Assembly (NCBI RefSeq): GCF_007748075.1
Contig: NZ_CP036280.1
Span: 210,001-242,000 of the forward strand
Direction of reading: 5' to 3'
Length of the DNA stretch: 32,000 nucleotides
From: Mucisphaera calidilacus
GTDB taxonomy: Bacteria > Planctomycetota > Phycisphaerae > Phycisphaerales > Phycisphaeraceae
The notes beneath the pieces are model-generated. The model was given only the letters and a program-made list of their open reading frames with translations, was not told the origin of the DNA and did no database searches. The number at the start of each line of letters is the position of its first letter. The first letter of the stretch is position 1. Shown here in pieces: positions 1 through 10,500 of this stretch. The translations under genes and the position numbers were made by a program.

Positions 1-2660
1 CCCTCTTCGGACGCAGGTTCTTCGTCGACTTCCTCGTACTCGACCTCGTCCACGACCTCGGCCACGACCTCGGCGTCGTCGCCGTCCTGCTCCTCGGCGT
101 AGTCAAACGCGGCCTGCACGCCTTCCTCGCCCTCTTCGGATGCCCCGGCCTCGAGGGCGGCATCGGCAGCCGCCTGGGCCGTCATCGCCTCCCACTCCTC
201 GAGCGAGATGTTCACCTCGCGTGCCTGCGCGGTCTTGTGCCCGCCGAGGATACCCGCCGCCTCCATCTCCTCGATGATCCGTGACGCCCGGCCGTAGCCG
301 ATGTTCATGCGTCGCTGGAGCAGCGAGACCGACCCGCGGTTGGTCTCGATGACCACACGCACCGCCTCGTCGAAGAGCGGGTCGCGTTCGCTCAGGTCGG
401 CGTCGACCTCCTCGCTGCGCAGCTGGACGAGCTGCGGCTCGAAGTTCTGCTCGGCCTGCGTCTTGAGGAACCGGCAGGCACCCCGCACTTCGCTGTCCTC
501 GACCAGCGATCCCTGAGCGCGGGTGAGCTTGCTCGAGCGTGGCGAGAGGAAGAGCATGTCGCCATGGCCGAGCAGCAGCTCGCCGCCTTTCTGGTCGAGG
601 ACGATGCGGCTGTCCATGCCCGATGCGACCTTGAAGGCGATGCGTGCGGGCATGTTCGACTTGATCAGCCCCGTCACCACGTTGGCCTGCGGCCGCTGGG
701 TGGCAAGAATCAGGTGGATGCCGACGGCGCGTGCCTTCTGGGCGATGCGGACGATCGAGCCTTCCACCTCCTTGTTGGTCATCATCAGGTCGGCGAGCTC
801 GTCGATGACGAAGACGATGTAGGGCAGCTTCTTGGGGATGCGTGCCTCCTCGGCGGGGCTGCTCGGCTCCATCCGCTCGAGGATCTCCTCCCACTCCAGC
901 TCGTTGTAGCTGCTGATGTCGCGCACGCCGACCTCGGCGAGCAGCTCGTACCGCTCGTCCATCTTCGTCACCGCCCACTCGAGGATCGAGGCGGCCTTGG
1001 GCATCTCGGTCACGACCGGGCACATGAGGTGGGGGATGTCCCGGAACATCGACATCTCGACCATCTTGGGATCGACGAGCACCAGCTTGAGCTCGTCGGG
1101 CCGCTTGGTGTAGAGGAACGACATGATGACCGCGTTCATGCAGACCGACTTGCCCGAGCCGGTGGTGCCGGCGATGAGCAGGTGTGGCATGGAGGCGAGG
1201 TCGGAGATCAGCCGCGTGCCCGAGGCGTCCTTGCCGAGGAACATCGGCAGACGCATCTTGCGTGTCGCTTCCTCGGAGCCCTGCATCAGCTCCTTCAGCC
1301 GGACGCGTTCCTTCTTGATGTTGGGGACCTCGATCCCGACGGTGTCCTTGCCGGCGGAGTTCGCGACCACGCGGATGTTCTGGGCCTTCATCGCGCGGGC
1401 GAGGTCGGAATCAACGGCCTGGATGCGCGAGACCTTGGTGCCCGGCGCGAGCCGGACCTCGAAGAGCGTGATGACGGGGCCCGAGTCGATGCCGACGACC
1501 TCACCCTCGATCCGGTACTGACGCAGGGCCTTCTCGAGTTCGAGCGCCTGGTCGCGAACGATCGCCTCCTGCTCGGCGGTGAAGTCGCCCTCGGGCTCCT
1601 CCAGAAAGTCCATGCCCGGGAACTGGTAGCCCGAGAGGTCGATCTCACGAGGCGGCGCGGTCGACTTGGCCTGCTTGGGCGCGAAGTTGATGGGCAACGC
1701 CGCCATCTTCGCACGCAACTCGTCGGGGTTGAACTTCTTCTGGCTCTGGAGGTAAGCCTCGGCGACCTCGGCCTCGTCGTCGAGCTCCTCGTCGTCCTCC
1801 TCCTCCGGCTCCTCGTCCTCATCGACCTCTTCGTATTCGTACTCGTCCTCCTCCTCGGCAACCACGTGCTCGTCGGGGTCGAACGCTTCGGTGCCGCCGA
1901 AGCCGCCGGCGTCCTCGTCGATGTGCTCGTCTTCTTCGGCCTGTCGCTTCTTGCGGCTGGCCGTGGCACGCTCACGGCTGGCCTCACGCATGCGGTCGAG
2001 TCGTGACCCGCCCGGCCGGGGCCTGGCCATCTCGCCCAGCGCACCGATGGCGCCGGCCGCCATGGGGACGCCCGCGCGGGCCCCGCGCCAGCCCAGCCCG
2101 ATCAGTCGCATCGGCCACTCGATCGCGAGCTTCTCCTCGGTCAGGATCGCGCCGACCCAGAAGGTGAGGCCGAGGATCAGGAGCGTCCCGATGAGCGCGA
2201 AACGCTCAGAGAGCTCGAGCTCGATGACGGCCGCGAGCAGCCCGCCCGTGCCGGGCGCCGAGGCGTGTCCCGTGACACCCGCGGGCAGGGCGGCTGCGAG
2301 CAGGGCGCTGCCGGTCACGGCCATCAGCAGCAGGCCCGCGGTTCGGATCCACAGCTGCGGCACGGCGTGGCCCAGCGCACGCAGGGCGAGGTAGACGCCC
2401 GCGCCGGCGGCGAGAATCCAGACTCCCGGGCCGAGCATGAGATAGGCCTTGTGGGCGAGGTAGGCACCGACCGAGCCGGCCCAGTTGGCGATCTCGGTGT
2501 TCGTGACGCCCTCGGCGACAGCGGGGGGGTCCATCGGGTTGTAGCTCAGCAGCGAGACCACCAGCAGCAGCCAGAGCCCGGCACCGATCAGCCAGAGGAT
2601 GATCAGCCAGGGCAGGGCGCGGGTGTTCTCGTCGGCCTGGGTCTTGCGTTTTGCGGGCAT
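1..2660 (-). CDS. ftsK: DNA translocase FtsK/SpoIIIE. The start is in the window and the 3' end runs off the left edge.
   Basis: Not in the ORF track because no stop lies in the window. I translated the minus strand by hand. ATG at 2660 is preceded by GGAGG about 10 nt upstream. The N-terminus is hydrophobic and multi-TM (LPWLIILWLIGAGLWLLLVV...), followed by an acidic linker. The Walker A segment MPHLLIAGTTGSGKSV lies at about 1141-1190. FVIDELADLMM and IHLILATQRP motifs follow, and the C-terminus has a gamma-domain-like SLLQRRMNIGYGRASRIIEEME. Confidence 0.9.
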   Translation of the reverse strand, partial: MPAKRKTQADENTRALPWLIILWLIGAGLWLLLVVSLLSYNPMDPPAVAEGVTNTEIANWAGSVGAYLAHKAYLMLGPGVWILAAGAGVYLALRALGHAVPQLWIRTAGLLLMAVTGSALLAAALPAGVTGHASAPGTGGLLAAVIELELSERFALIGTLLILGLTFWVGAILTEEKLAIEWPMRLIGLGWRGARAGVPMAAGAIGALGEMARPRPGGSRLDRMREASRERATASRKKRQAEEDEHIDEDAGGFGGTEAFDPDEHVVAEEEDEYEYEEVDEDEEPEEEDDEELDDEAEVAEAYLQSQKKFNPDELRAKMAALPINFAPKQAKSTAPPREIDLSGYQFPGMDFLEEPEGDFTAEQEAIVRDQALELEKALRQYRIEGEVVGIDSGPVITLFEVRLAPGTKVSRIQAVDSDLARAMKAQNIRVVANSAGKDTVGIEVPNIKKERVRLKELMQGSEEATRKMRLPMFLGKDASGTRLISDLASMPHLLIAGTTGSGKSVCMNAVIMSFLYTKRPDELKLVLVDPKMVEMSMFRDIPHLMCPVVTEMPKAASILEWAVTKMDERYELLAEVGVRDISSYNELEWEEILERMEPSSPAEEARIPKKLPYIVFVIDELADLMMTNKEVEGSIVRIAQKARAVGIHLILATQRPQANVVTGLIKSNMPARIAFKVASGMDSRIVLDQKGGELLLGHGDMLFLSPRSSKLTRAQGSLVEDSEVRGACRFLKTQAEQNFEPQLVQLRSEEVDADLSERDPLFDEAVRVVIETNRGSVSLLQRRMNIGYGRASRIIEEMEAAGILGGHKTAQAREVNISLEEWEAMTAQAAADAALEAGASEEGEEGVQAAFDYAEEQDGDDAEVVAEVVDEVEYEEVDEEPASEE

Positions 2661-2741
2661 AGGACAACTGCCTCCGTGTGTACACGTCTCTCGCTGATTA
2701 TCGGCCACCCCCGGGACTGAACGCCATACCTAAACGCGAAC

Positions 2742-3206
2742 TCACACCCCCGTGTGCCCGAACCCGCCCTGGCCGCGTGTGGTCGCGCAGAGATCATCGA
2801 CGACCGACCAGCTCACCCGCGGCACCGGCAGCACCAGCATCTGGGCGATCCGCATGCCACGCTCGACCACGAAGGGCTCCGGGCCGTGGTTGATCAGGGG
2901 CACGCACACCTCGCCTCGGTAGTCGGCGTCGATCGTGCCCGGGGCGTTGGGCATCGAGATCCCGAACTTGACGGCGAGGCCCGAGCGCGGGCGGACCTGC
3001 GCCTCGTAGCCGACGGGCACGGCCATCGAAAACCCGCAGGGGATCAACTCGATACCGCCACCCGGCGCAAGGGTTACCGACTCGTCCTCAGCCACGGCAG
3101 CGTGGAGGTCCATGCCGGCGGCGTGCTCCGTGCCGTAGGTGGGGACCGGCAGGCCCTCGCCGTGCGCGAGCCACTTGAGTTCAACACTGATGGCGTCTGG
3201 ATTCAT
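2742..3206 (-). CDS. dut: dUTP diphosphatase
   Basis: The ORF 2742..3224 contains dUTPase motifs (AAGMDL, RPRSGL, GTIDADYRGE, RGQGGFGHTG). I chose the internal ATG at 3206 (MNPDAISV...), which gives a typical length of 154 aa. Confidence 0.9.
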   Translation of the reverse strand: MNPDAISVELKWLAHGEGLPVPTYGTEHAAGMDLHAAVAEDESVTLAPGGGIELIPCGFSMAVPVGYEAQVRPRSGLAVKFGISMPNAPGTIDADYRGEVCVPLINHGPEPFVVERGMRIAQMLVLPVPRVSWSVVDDLCATTRGQGGFGHTGV

Positions 3207-3240
3207 GAGGACACGATAACCCAAGGCGGGCGAGACGGAC

Positions 3241-4098
3241 TCACCACTCGTCCCGGATCATCTTCTCGATCGCGTCGGCGAGCCCGTCTTCCATATTGGT
3301 GCCGGTGACACGCTGCGCCACCGACCGGACGTGATCCGGCGCATTGCCCATGGCCACCGACATCCCGGCGGCTCGGAGCATCGGGACGTCGTTGACCTGA
3401 TCACCGACGACCGCAACCTCGTCGGCGCCGATGCCGTGCTCCGCAGCGAGCCGCGAGATGCCCGTCCACTTGGTCACCCCCGCGGGAAAGACCTCGAGCA
3501 GCTGGTACATCGCACGCCCGTCCGGCGCGGGGATGGTGGCGAAGTGGTGAGTCTCGACCGCGTCGCCGAGTTGCTCCTCGACGCGAGCGTGCGAGGCGCG
3601 GATGGACTCGAGCTCGCCGACGACACTCAGCCGCAACGCGCCCTCCAGGTGCTCGTCGCCGAGCTCACGGACTTCCTCGTAGGTGGAGCCGTTGTGGTCG
3701 AACCACCAGGTCGTCTCGTCCTGCACCTCGCCGGAGCCGGTGATCATGTACTCGTAGCCGGCGACATCGGGGTCGCGGAAGATCAGGATGGCCTGCGGCA
3801 GGTCCCACAGCAGCTCGAGCGTGCTGGTCAGCAACGCGTGGGGGATGACCTGCGCGTTGTGGGTATGGCCGTCGGACAGCCGTGCGGTGTGAGCCCCGGT
3901 CATGAAGACACCCAGATCGAGCTGCGGGATGTGCCGGATGACCGATCGTGCCTCGCGCCAGGTGCGTCCCGTGCAGGGAACCACCATCGTTCCGGCATCG
4001 ACAGCTGCTTCGATGGCCTGTGCGGTCCGGTCGGACACGCTGGAATCATCACGCAGCAGCGTGCCGTCAAGGTCGAGTCCGAGCAGTCGATACTTCAT
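3241..4098 (-). CDS. HAD-superfamily hydrolase, Cof-type (subfamily IIB) phosphatase
   Basis: N-terminal DxDGT motif (LGLDLDGTLL), a cap region, and a C-terminal GDQVNDVPML motif (the GDxxND HAD motif IV). Confidence 0.8.
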   Translation of the reverse strand: MKYRLLGLDLDGTLLRDDSSVSDRTAQAIEAAVDAGTMVVPCTGRTWREARSVIRHIPQLDLGVFMTGAHTARLSDGHTHNAQVIPHALLTSTLELLWDLPQAILIFRDPDVAGYEYMITGSGEVQDETTWWFDHNGSTYEEVRELGDEHLEGALRLSVVGELESIRASHARVEEQLGDAVETHHFATIPAPDGRAMYQLLEVFPAGVTKWTGISRLAAEHGIGADEVAVVGDQVNDVPMLRAAGMSVAMGNAPDHVRSVAQRVTGTNMEDGLADAIEKMIRDEW

Positions 4099-4140
4099 GT
4101 CCAGACTCTACGCGATGACGCAGCGTCAGGATCGTGTGAA

Positions 4141-4941
4141 TCACCAGTAGCGTTCGAAGTGCAGGTTGCCGTCGGGGTGCTCGCGGCCCTTGGTCTTCCA
4201 GCCGCGTTGTTCGAGCTCGCCCTGGCACTGGTCGATCATCGCCGGGTTCCCGCAGAGGAAGACGTGGCACTGCTCCGGTGTCAGCTCGGAACCGGTGAGC
4301 TCCTTGTACATCTCGGGGTCGAGCGCAATCGGCACACGCCCGCGCAGGCCCTTCCAGTCCGAGTCCTCTGGCTCACGCGTGCACATCGGCAGGTAGATGA
4401 CCGAGTCGTCCTCAGCGGCGATCTTCTCGAGTTCGTCGCGGTAGCCCAGGTCGATGGCCACACGGCAGCCGTGCAGGATCACCAGCTTGTTCCAGCGTCC
4501 GGTGTGCTGATATGTCTTGAGCATCGAGAGGTAGGGAGCCAGTCCGGTGCCGGTGGAGACGAGCACGAGGTCCTTGCCGTCGGGCACGCCGTCGAGCGAG
4601 AAGTGGCCCTTGAACTTGGCGTCCATGAAGATCGGGTCGCCGACGTTCATCTGCCAGAGCTTGGGCGTCAGCGCACCCTCGTCGACGCGGACGATGAAGA
4701 ACTCGATGTGGTCCTTGACCTTCGGCGATGAGGCGATCGAGTAGGCACGGCGGATGAGCTTGGGCCCCTTGCGTCGGGGGTTGGGAGCCGCGTCGGGGTC
4801 GATCAGGCCGAGCGTCGTGAACTGGCCCGGCTCGAAGTCGATCTCGGAGCCGTCGTCGTAAGCAACCTTGAAGGCAGCGAGTTCGGGGTTGAAGTCATAC
4901 CGTTCGATCAGGCGCGCGTTGTAGGGGCTTTCATCACTCAT
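4141..4941 (-). CDS. fpr: ferredoxin--NADP(+) reductase (Fpr-type flavodoxin/ferredoxin reductase)
   Basis: RRAYSIASSP FAD-binding motif, LVSTGTGLAPYLSM NAD(P)-binding motif, and a C-terminal ...FERYW. I chose the ATG at 4941 (MSDESPYNARL...). The 62 upstream codons of ORF 4141..5127 overlap the holB start region. Confidence 0.8.
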   Translation of the reverse strand: MSDESPYNARLIERYDFNPELAAFKVAYDDGSEIDFEPGQFTTLGLIDPDAAPNPRRKGPKLIRRAYSIASSPKVKDHIEFFIVRVDEGALTPKLWQMNVGDPIFMDAKFKGHFSLDGVPDGKDLVLVSTGTGLAPYLSMLKTYQHTGRWNKLVILHGCRVAIDLGYRDELEKIAAEDDSVIYLPMCTREPEDSDWKGLRGRVPIALDPEMYKELTGSELTPEQCHVFLCGNPAMIDQCQGELEQRGWKTKGREHPDGNLHFERYW

Positions 4942-5037
4942 GAGGGGGATTCTACAGACAGAAGCGTCTCTTGTCCGCCCGACGGCGGCATGAATCTGCC
5001 GAGTCATGCGGGTGCCGTCCTGCTCTACAATCGCGAC

Positions 5038-6153
5038 ATGGACGGATTGATCGGTCAGCCTGTCGCCGTCGACCTGCTCAAACGCCAGCTGGCGAGCGGC
5101 CGACTGCACCACGCCTACATCTTCCACGGACCCTCAGGCGTAGGGAAGATGACCTGCGCCCTCGCCTTCGCCGCCGCGTGGCTCTGCCAGGACCGGGCCG
5201 ATGGCATGGCCTGCGGACGATGCGCGAGCTGCGCGTCGCTGGCCGATCCGATCCGGAATGCCTCGGGCATCCCGCTCGACGAGGAGGGGCTGATCAGCCT
5301 GAATCATCCCGACCTCCACCTCGTCACGAAAGAACTCGCTCGGTATCACAAAGAGAAAAGGATCCGCGACCACAAGCTCTCCAACATCCCCGTTGATGTG
5401 GTCCGCGAGCACCTGATCCAACAGGCCTCCATGACCCCGACCCTCGGAGCGCGAAAAGCCTTCATCGTCGATGAGGCGGAGCTGATGCAGGCCGAGAGCC
5501 AGAACGCGATTCTCAAGACCCTGGAGGAACCGACGCCCGGGACGCTCCTGATCCTCGTGACGGCGGTCGAGGACCGGCTGCTCCCCACCGTCCGCAGCCG
5601 GTGTCAACGCATCGCCTTTGTCCCGCTGACGGATGCCGATGTGCGTGACTACATCGCGGGCGAAGCGCCGGACCTCTCCGCGGCCCGCGTGGACCGCCTG
5701 GCCGAACTGGCCGACGGGAGCTTCGGCAGGGCCCGGATCGCTCTGGACTACAACCTCGTCGACTGGGTCGACGCCATCGGCGACGGCCTGGAGCAGATCG
5801 ATCAAGGCAGAGCGCAGCCCGAACTGGGCGCGATGATCCACCAGTCGATCGACGACTTCGCCGCCGAGTGGGTCAAGAAACACGCCGGCGCGTCGAAGCT
5901 GGCCGCCAACCGCCTCGGGCTGAATCTGATGGCGACCCTGATCGCCGGCCGGGCCCGACGCCGACTCATGGAAGTGGCCCCCACACTCGACGCGGACGAT
6001 CCGATCGACGCGGACGCACAGGTCGCTGGCATGCTCGGGACCATCGACGCCGTGGAATACTGGACCGGCCTGGTCCGCTCGAACGTCAACCTGACGCTGG
6101 CCTGCGACCACCTCGTCATGCGGCTGGAACGATCGGCCGTCGCCAGCGCCTGA
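5038..6153 (+). CDS. holB: DNA polymerase III subunit delta'
   Basis: N-terminal GQPVAVDLLKRQLASGRLHHAYIFHGPSGVGKMT (AAA+ clamp-loader P-loop variant), a Cys cluster CGRCASC, and the sensor motifs IVDEAELM and SRCQRIAF. I chose the ATG at 5038 (MDGLIGQ). Confidence 0.8.
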   Translation: MDGLIGQPVAVDLLKRQLASGRLHHAYIFHGPSGVGKMTCALAFAAAWLCQDRADGMACGRCASCASLADPIRNASGIPLDEEGLISLNHPDLHLVTKELARYHKEKRIRDHKLSNIPVDVVREHLIQQASMTPTLGARKAFIVDEAELMQAESQNAILKTLEEPTPGTLLILVTAVEDRLLPTVRSRCQRIAFVPLTDADVRDYIAGEAPDLSAARVDRLAELADGSFGRARIALDYNLVDWVDAIGDGLEQIDQGRAQPELGAMIHQSIDDFAAEWVKKHAGASKLAANRLGLNLMATLIAGRARRRLMEVAPTLDADDPIDADAQVAGMLGTIDAVEYWTGLVRSNVNLTLACDHLVMRLERSAVASA

Positions 6154-6159
6154 TCCGCG

Positions 6160-7332
6160 TCAGTGCAGGAAGAAACGCACGCCCGACATCGCCATGGTCA
6201 TGCCGTGCTCGTCGGCGGCAGCCACGACGTCCTCGTCACGCTTGGACCCGCCGGCCTGAAGCACGGCCCGGACGCCGGTACGCGCCAGGCGGTCGATGTT
6301 GTCGCGGAACGGGAAGAAGGCGTCCGAGCTGCAGGCAAGGTGATCGAAACCGGCGAGGTAGTCGGCTCGCTCCGCCGCGCTGATCGGCTGTGGGTCAGCG
6401 GTCAGCCCCGCCGAGATCTGCTCGCGCTCGAAGGGGCCCAGCTCGTCCCAGCGGACATACTGATCGATGATGTTCACCTTCTCGGCACGCTTGAGCCCCG
6501 GCCTGAAGGGGAGTTCGAGCGTCCTGGGGTGCGTCTTGAGCAGCCACGCCTCCGCCTTGGTGCAGGCGAGCCGTGTGCAGGCGATGCGCGATTGCTGGCC
6601 GGCGCCGATGCCCACCGCCTGTCCCGCGTAGCCCAACGCTACGGAGTTCGACTGCGTGTGCTTGAGGGTGACCGTGGCGACGAGCAGCGTCTCGATCGCC
6701 TCGGGGGAGAAGGCCTTGTTCTTCGTCACGACGTTGCCGAGCAGCTCCGGGCCGATCGGCTGGTCGTTGCGCTTCTGGCTCAGCCGCATGCCGAACTCCA
6801 GCCGGTCCTCCATCTCAGGCGGCTCGTAGCCCGGGTCGATCTCGAGCATCAGGTAGTTGCCGCCTTTCTTGGCCCGGATGATCTCGAGCGCCTCCGGCTC
6901 GTAGCCCGGCGCGATGATGCCGTCGGATACCTCCGGCTTGAGCAGGCGCGCGAGCGACGCGTCCGCAGGCTGACTCAGCGCGACGAAATCGCCGAACGAC
7001 GCGGAGCGGTCGGAGCTGCGTGCCTTGGCGTAGGCCGAGGCGATCGGCGAGAGATTGGGCCCGTCATCGATCAGATGCCCGGCGCAGAAGACTTCGGAAA
7101 GCGGGCCCGCGACCGCCGCACCGGCGGGGCTGACGTGCTTGTAGGAGGCCGCGGCGGGCTTGCCGGTGGTCTGGGCCAGCTCGCGGACCAGCTGCCAGCC
7201 ACGCAGGGCATCAAGAATGTTGATGAAACTCGCGGCCCCATTGACCACGCGAAGCGGCGTATCCCCTTGTGGCATCTGGATTTGAGCGGGTTGTTGGTTG
7301 GGGTTGCACCCGTAACGCAGCGCGATGTCCAT
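6160..7332 (-). CDS. purH: phosphoribosylaminoimidazolecarboxamide (AICAR) formyltransferase, single-domain PurH-like protein without the IMP cyclohydrolase/MGS domain
   Basis: LRYGCNPNQQPA, SYKHVSPAG, GIGAGQQSRI, SSDAFFPFRDNI, AVLQAGGSKRDEDV and the terminal GVRFFLH all match the AICARFT half of PurH. The protein is 390 aa and starts directly at the AICARFT region. Confidence 0.8.
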   Translation of the reverse strand: MDIALRYGCNPNQQPAQIQMPQGDTPLRVVNGAASFINILDALRGWQLVRELAQTTGKPAAASYKHVSPAGAAVAGPLSEVFCAGHLIDDGPNLSPIASAYAKARSSDRSASFGDFVALSQPADASLARLLKPEVSDGIIAPGYEPEALEIIRAKKGGNYLMLEIDPGYEPPEMEDRLEFGMRLSQKRNDQPIGPELLGNVVTKNKAFSPEAIETLLVATVTLKHTQSNSVALGYAGQAVGIGAGQQSRIACTRLACTKAEAWLLKTHPRTLELPFRPGLKRAEKVNIIDQYVRWDELGPFEREQISAGLTADPQPISAAERADYLAGFDHLACSSDAFFPFRDNIDRLARTGVRAVLQAGGSKRDEDVVAAADEHGMTMAMSGVRFFLH

Positions 7333-7539
7333 CAGATTGTCTCCAGATTCTGGGATGACCGAGCTTGTCCAGACGGTTTAGACCGGTCGAGAGGTAAGAG
7401 CGTACCTGAAGTTCCGCCAAAGTCGACTGGACGAGGCTTATACAATGTGTTTCACTTGTTATACGCCTCAATCCACTGTGAGGAAGACCGAGAGATCCCC
7501 CTTCCAATCACCCGGCAGCACGTTCACCAGGAGTCCATC

Positions 7540-10500
7540 GTGTCGCAAACCCATGCTCCATCGTCCGATAATACGGTTCGCTTCGAGTCGCTTGAGGATC
7601 GTGTGCTGCTCAGCGCGGTGACGGAAAACCCCACGGGGTTCACCGTATCGCTGGGTGAGGGTCAGTCGATCCTTCTGGACTTCGACGAGGACGGCCCGGT
7701 TGCGTACGACGTTCAGGCCGACCTGATGGAGGTCTTCGCCCAGAGCAGCGCCAGCACCTCGTCGCTGCCCGTGCCCGTGGGGACCCAGCCCGAGGGCGCA
7801 CTCTCCGGCAAGATCGTCTACGTCCACGCCGGCCACGGCTACACCTGGACCAACAACAGCTTCTGGACCACCCAGCGCGGTGAGGGCTTCGAGATCGTCG
7901 AAGACATGGGCAACATGGATCAGATGAACTTCCTCATCGATCAGCTCTGGAACGCCGGCGCGACCGTCGTCCCGCTGCGTCCGGCACAGCACCAGATCAA
8001 CGAGGTCGTGCTCGATAACGTCGACGCTGAGGTGACCTTCGTCGGCAGCTGGAACAACAGCTCCTCGTCGATCTACTACGGCGAGTCGGGCGAGACGCCT
8101 TACCGCTGGGCCTCAACCTCGGGCACCGAGACCGCCTACGCCCGATACACGCCCGACATCCCCGAGGCGGGTTACTACCCCGTCTACACCTTCGCCCGCC
8201 ACGGCAGCGACCGCGTCGAGCAGCTCTACAAGGTCCACCACACCGGCGGCATCACCGAGGTCACGGTCGATCACTCGAAGGTCGGCAGCGGCTGGGTCTA
8301 CCTCGGCAACTTCTACTTCGACGAGGGCACCGACGGCTACGTCGATATCTCGAACCGCAGCGACCAGTCCGGCGTCGTGATCGCCGACGCGATCCGCTTC
8401 GGCAACGGGATGGGCGACAGCCTGCGCAACGGCTCGCCCTCGGGCTACGCCCGCGAAGACGAGGCCGGTCTCTACTGGATGGAGGCACTCGTCCGCGAGT
8501 CCCAGGGCATCTCGACCAGCGAATACCGCTCGTCCTCGGATGACCGCAGCGCGACCGTCAGCGCCTCGCCCCGCTGGGCCGAGTACATGAACCGTGAGGC
8601 CGGCGGCTCCTTCTCCGACCGCGTCTTCCTCTCCTACCACTCCAACGCCGGCGGCGGCCGCGGCGCCGTCGGACTCCACAACACCAGCAGCGGCGGCAAC
8701 ACCCCCAACCAGTTCGAGTGGGCGGAGCTGACCGGCGCGCACCTCAACGACGACATGCAGGCGATCGGCTCCCCGCCGCTTGAGCACCTCTGGTCCAACC
8801 GCTCGACCAACACCTATCAGGCTTCGTTCAACTACGGCGAGATACACAATGCCTATATCGGCGGCGAGTTCGACGCCACCATCCTCGAAGTCGCCTTCCA
8901 CGACAGCCAGTTCGACTCCGAGCTGATGCGTGACCCGGTCATGCGTCAGTGGGCGGCGCGCGCCTCGGTGCACGCGATGATCGAGTACTTCGACAACCGT
9001 AACAACGTGGCGAGCACCGTCGAGGCACCCGAGGCCGTCACCGGCGTCTCGGCCATGACCAACGCCCAGGGCGACGTGACACTCAGCTGGGACAAGCCCG
9101 CGTTCGGCGGCGTCAACGGCGACGCCGCGACCGGCTACCTCATCCAGACGTCCTTCGACGGCTACGGCTTCGACGGCGGCACCTACGTCGCCGGCGGTAA
9201 CACCCTCACCCACACCTTCGACGACCTCGACGGCGCCAACGGCGTCCACTACTTCCGCGTCCTGGCCGTCAACAACGGCGGCGTCTCCCTCGACTCCGAA
9301 ACCGTCGCGGCCAACCCCGGGCAGGCCGGCGACCCCTCCATCCTCATCGTCAACGGCTTCGACCGCTTCGACCGGACCCTCAACCCGCAGATCACCTACA
9401 GCGTCGGCACCATCGACCGCGTCCGCCCGCAGTGGATGAACAGCTTCGACTACACCGTGCAGCACGCCGACGCCATCCACGCCTACGACCCCTCGATCGG
9501 CTTCAACTCGGTCCAGAACGAGGATGTCATCAACGGCACCGTCGACCTCAACCTGTACACCACGGTCGTCTGGATCCTCGGCGAGGAATCGACCGCCGAC
9601 GCGACCTTCGACGCCACCGAGCAGGCGCTCGTGAGCTCCTTCGTCGGCAGCGGCGGCAACCTCTTCGTCTCCGGCTCCGAGATCGCTTACGACCTCGACG
9701 GCGTCAACAACGGCCAGAGCTTCTTCAACAACACGCTGGGTGCGACCTACGTCAGCGACGACTCCGACTCGAACACCGCGGCGGGTGTCAGCGGATCGAT
9801 CTTCGCCGGCATCTCGCTGAACTTCGACGACGGCGACGTCGTCTACGACGTCGACTCGCCCGACGTCATCTCCGCCACCAACGGCTCACTCGCCGCCATG
9901 ACCTACGGCGGATCGAGCGGCGGCGGCGGACGACCGGGCGGCGGAGGCGGCGGCGTAGCCGCGATCCAGCTCGAGGCCTCAGGCGGCCAGGGCGGCGTGG
10001 TCATGCTCGCCTTCCCGTTTGAGTCCATCGTCAGCCAGGACGACCGCCACGACGTGATGGCCGCGGCGCTCGGCTTCCTCGGCGCCGACCCGATCGAGCG
10101 CCCCGACGCACCGACCGACCTCGACGTCGCCATCTACACCAACCAGGCGGTCGTGAGCTGGACCCAGCCCGACGACCCGACCGCGGTCGGCGTGCACGTC
10201 GAACGCGCGGTCGCCGACGGCCTCTTCGAACGCATCACCACCGAGCCCCTGACCGACCCGGTCTTCCTCGACACCGGCCTGCTCGAGGGCATCGCGGTGG
10301 CCTACCGCGTCGTCTCCGTCGACGCAGAGGGCGTCACGAGCCTGCCGCTCGAGGTGGTCGAGGGCACGCCCCCGACCGCCACCTCGGTCGTCGCCGACAT
10401 CGACACACCGCTCTACCAGCTCGACGGCACTTGGTCCTCCTTCGTCGGGCTGGGCTACGAGGGCAGCTTTGCGCACGCCGGAACCGTCGGTGCTCCGTCG

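Noticed and set aside
103-2044. Track ORFs 103..1023(-), 564..2006(+), 1123..1521(+) and 1388..2044(-), which look like long genes.
   Set aside because: They are Arg/Pro/Gly/His-rich, low-complexity translations. All of them overlap the hand-translated FtsK frame, which carries unmistakable Walker A and FtsK motifs. They are high-GC shadow ORFs.
3331-6111. ORFs 3331..4731(+, 466 aa) and 5134..6111(-, 325 aa).
   Set aside because: They are antisense to the HAD phosphatase/FNR genes and to holB respectively. They have no motifs and their composition is typical of off-frame GC-rich translation.
6163-7539. The N-terminal 459 codons of the 1874-aa ORF 6163..11787.
   Set aside because: This part is the exact antisense of the well-supported purH-like gene and reads as Arg/Gly/Leu-rich nonsense. 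A GTG with a good AGGAG RBS at 7540 begins the recognisable protein.
9901-9960. A (GGC)n-rich tract that looks like a simple-sequence repeat.
   Set aside because: It is in frame and encodes a Gly linker (GGSSGGGGRPGGGGGG) inside the large protein. The tract is imperfect, with no evidence that it is a slippage switch or anything non-coding.
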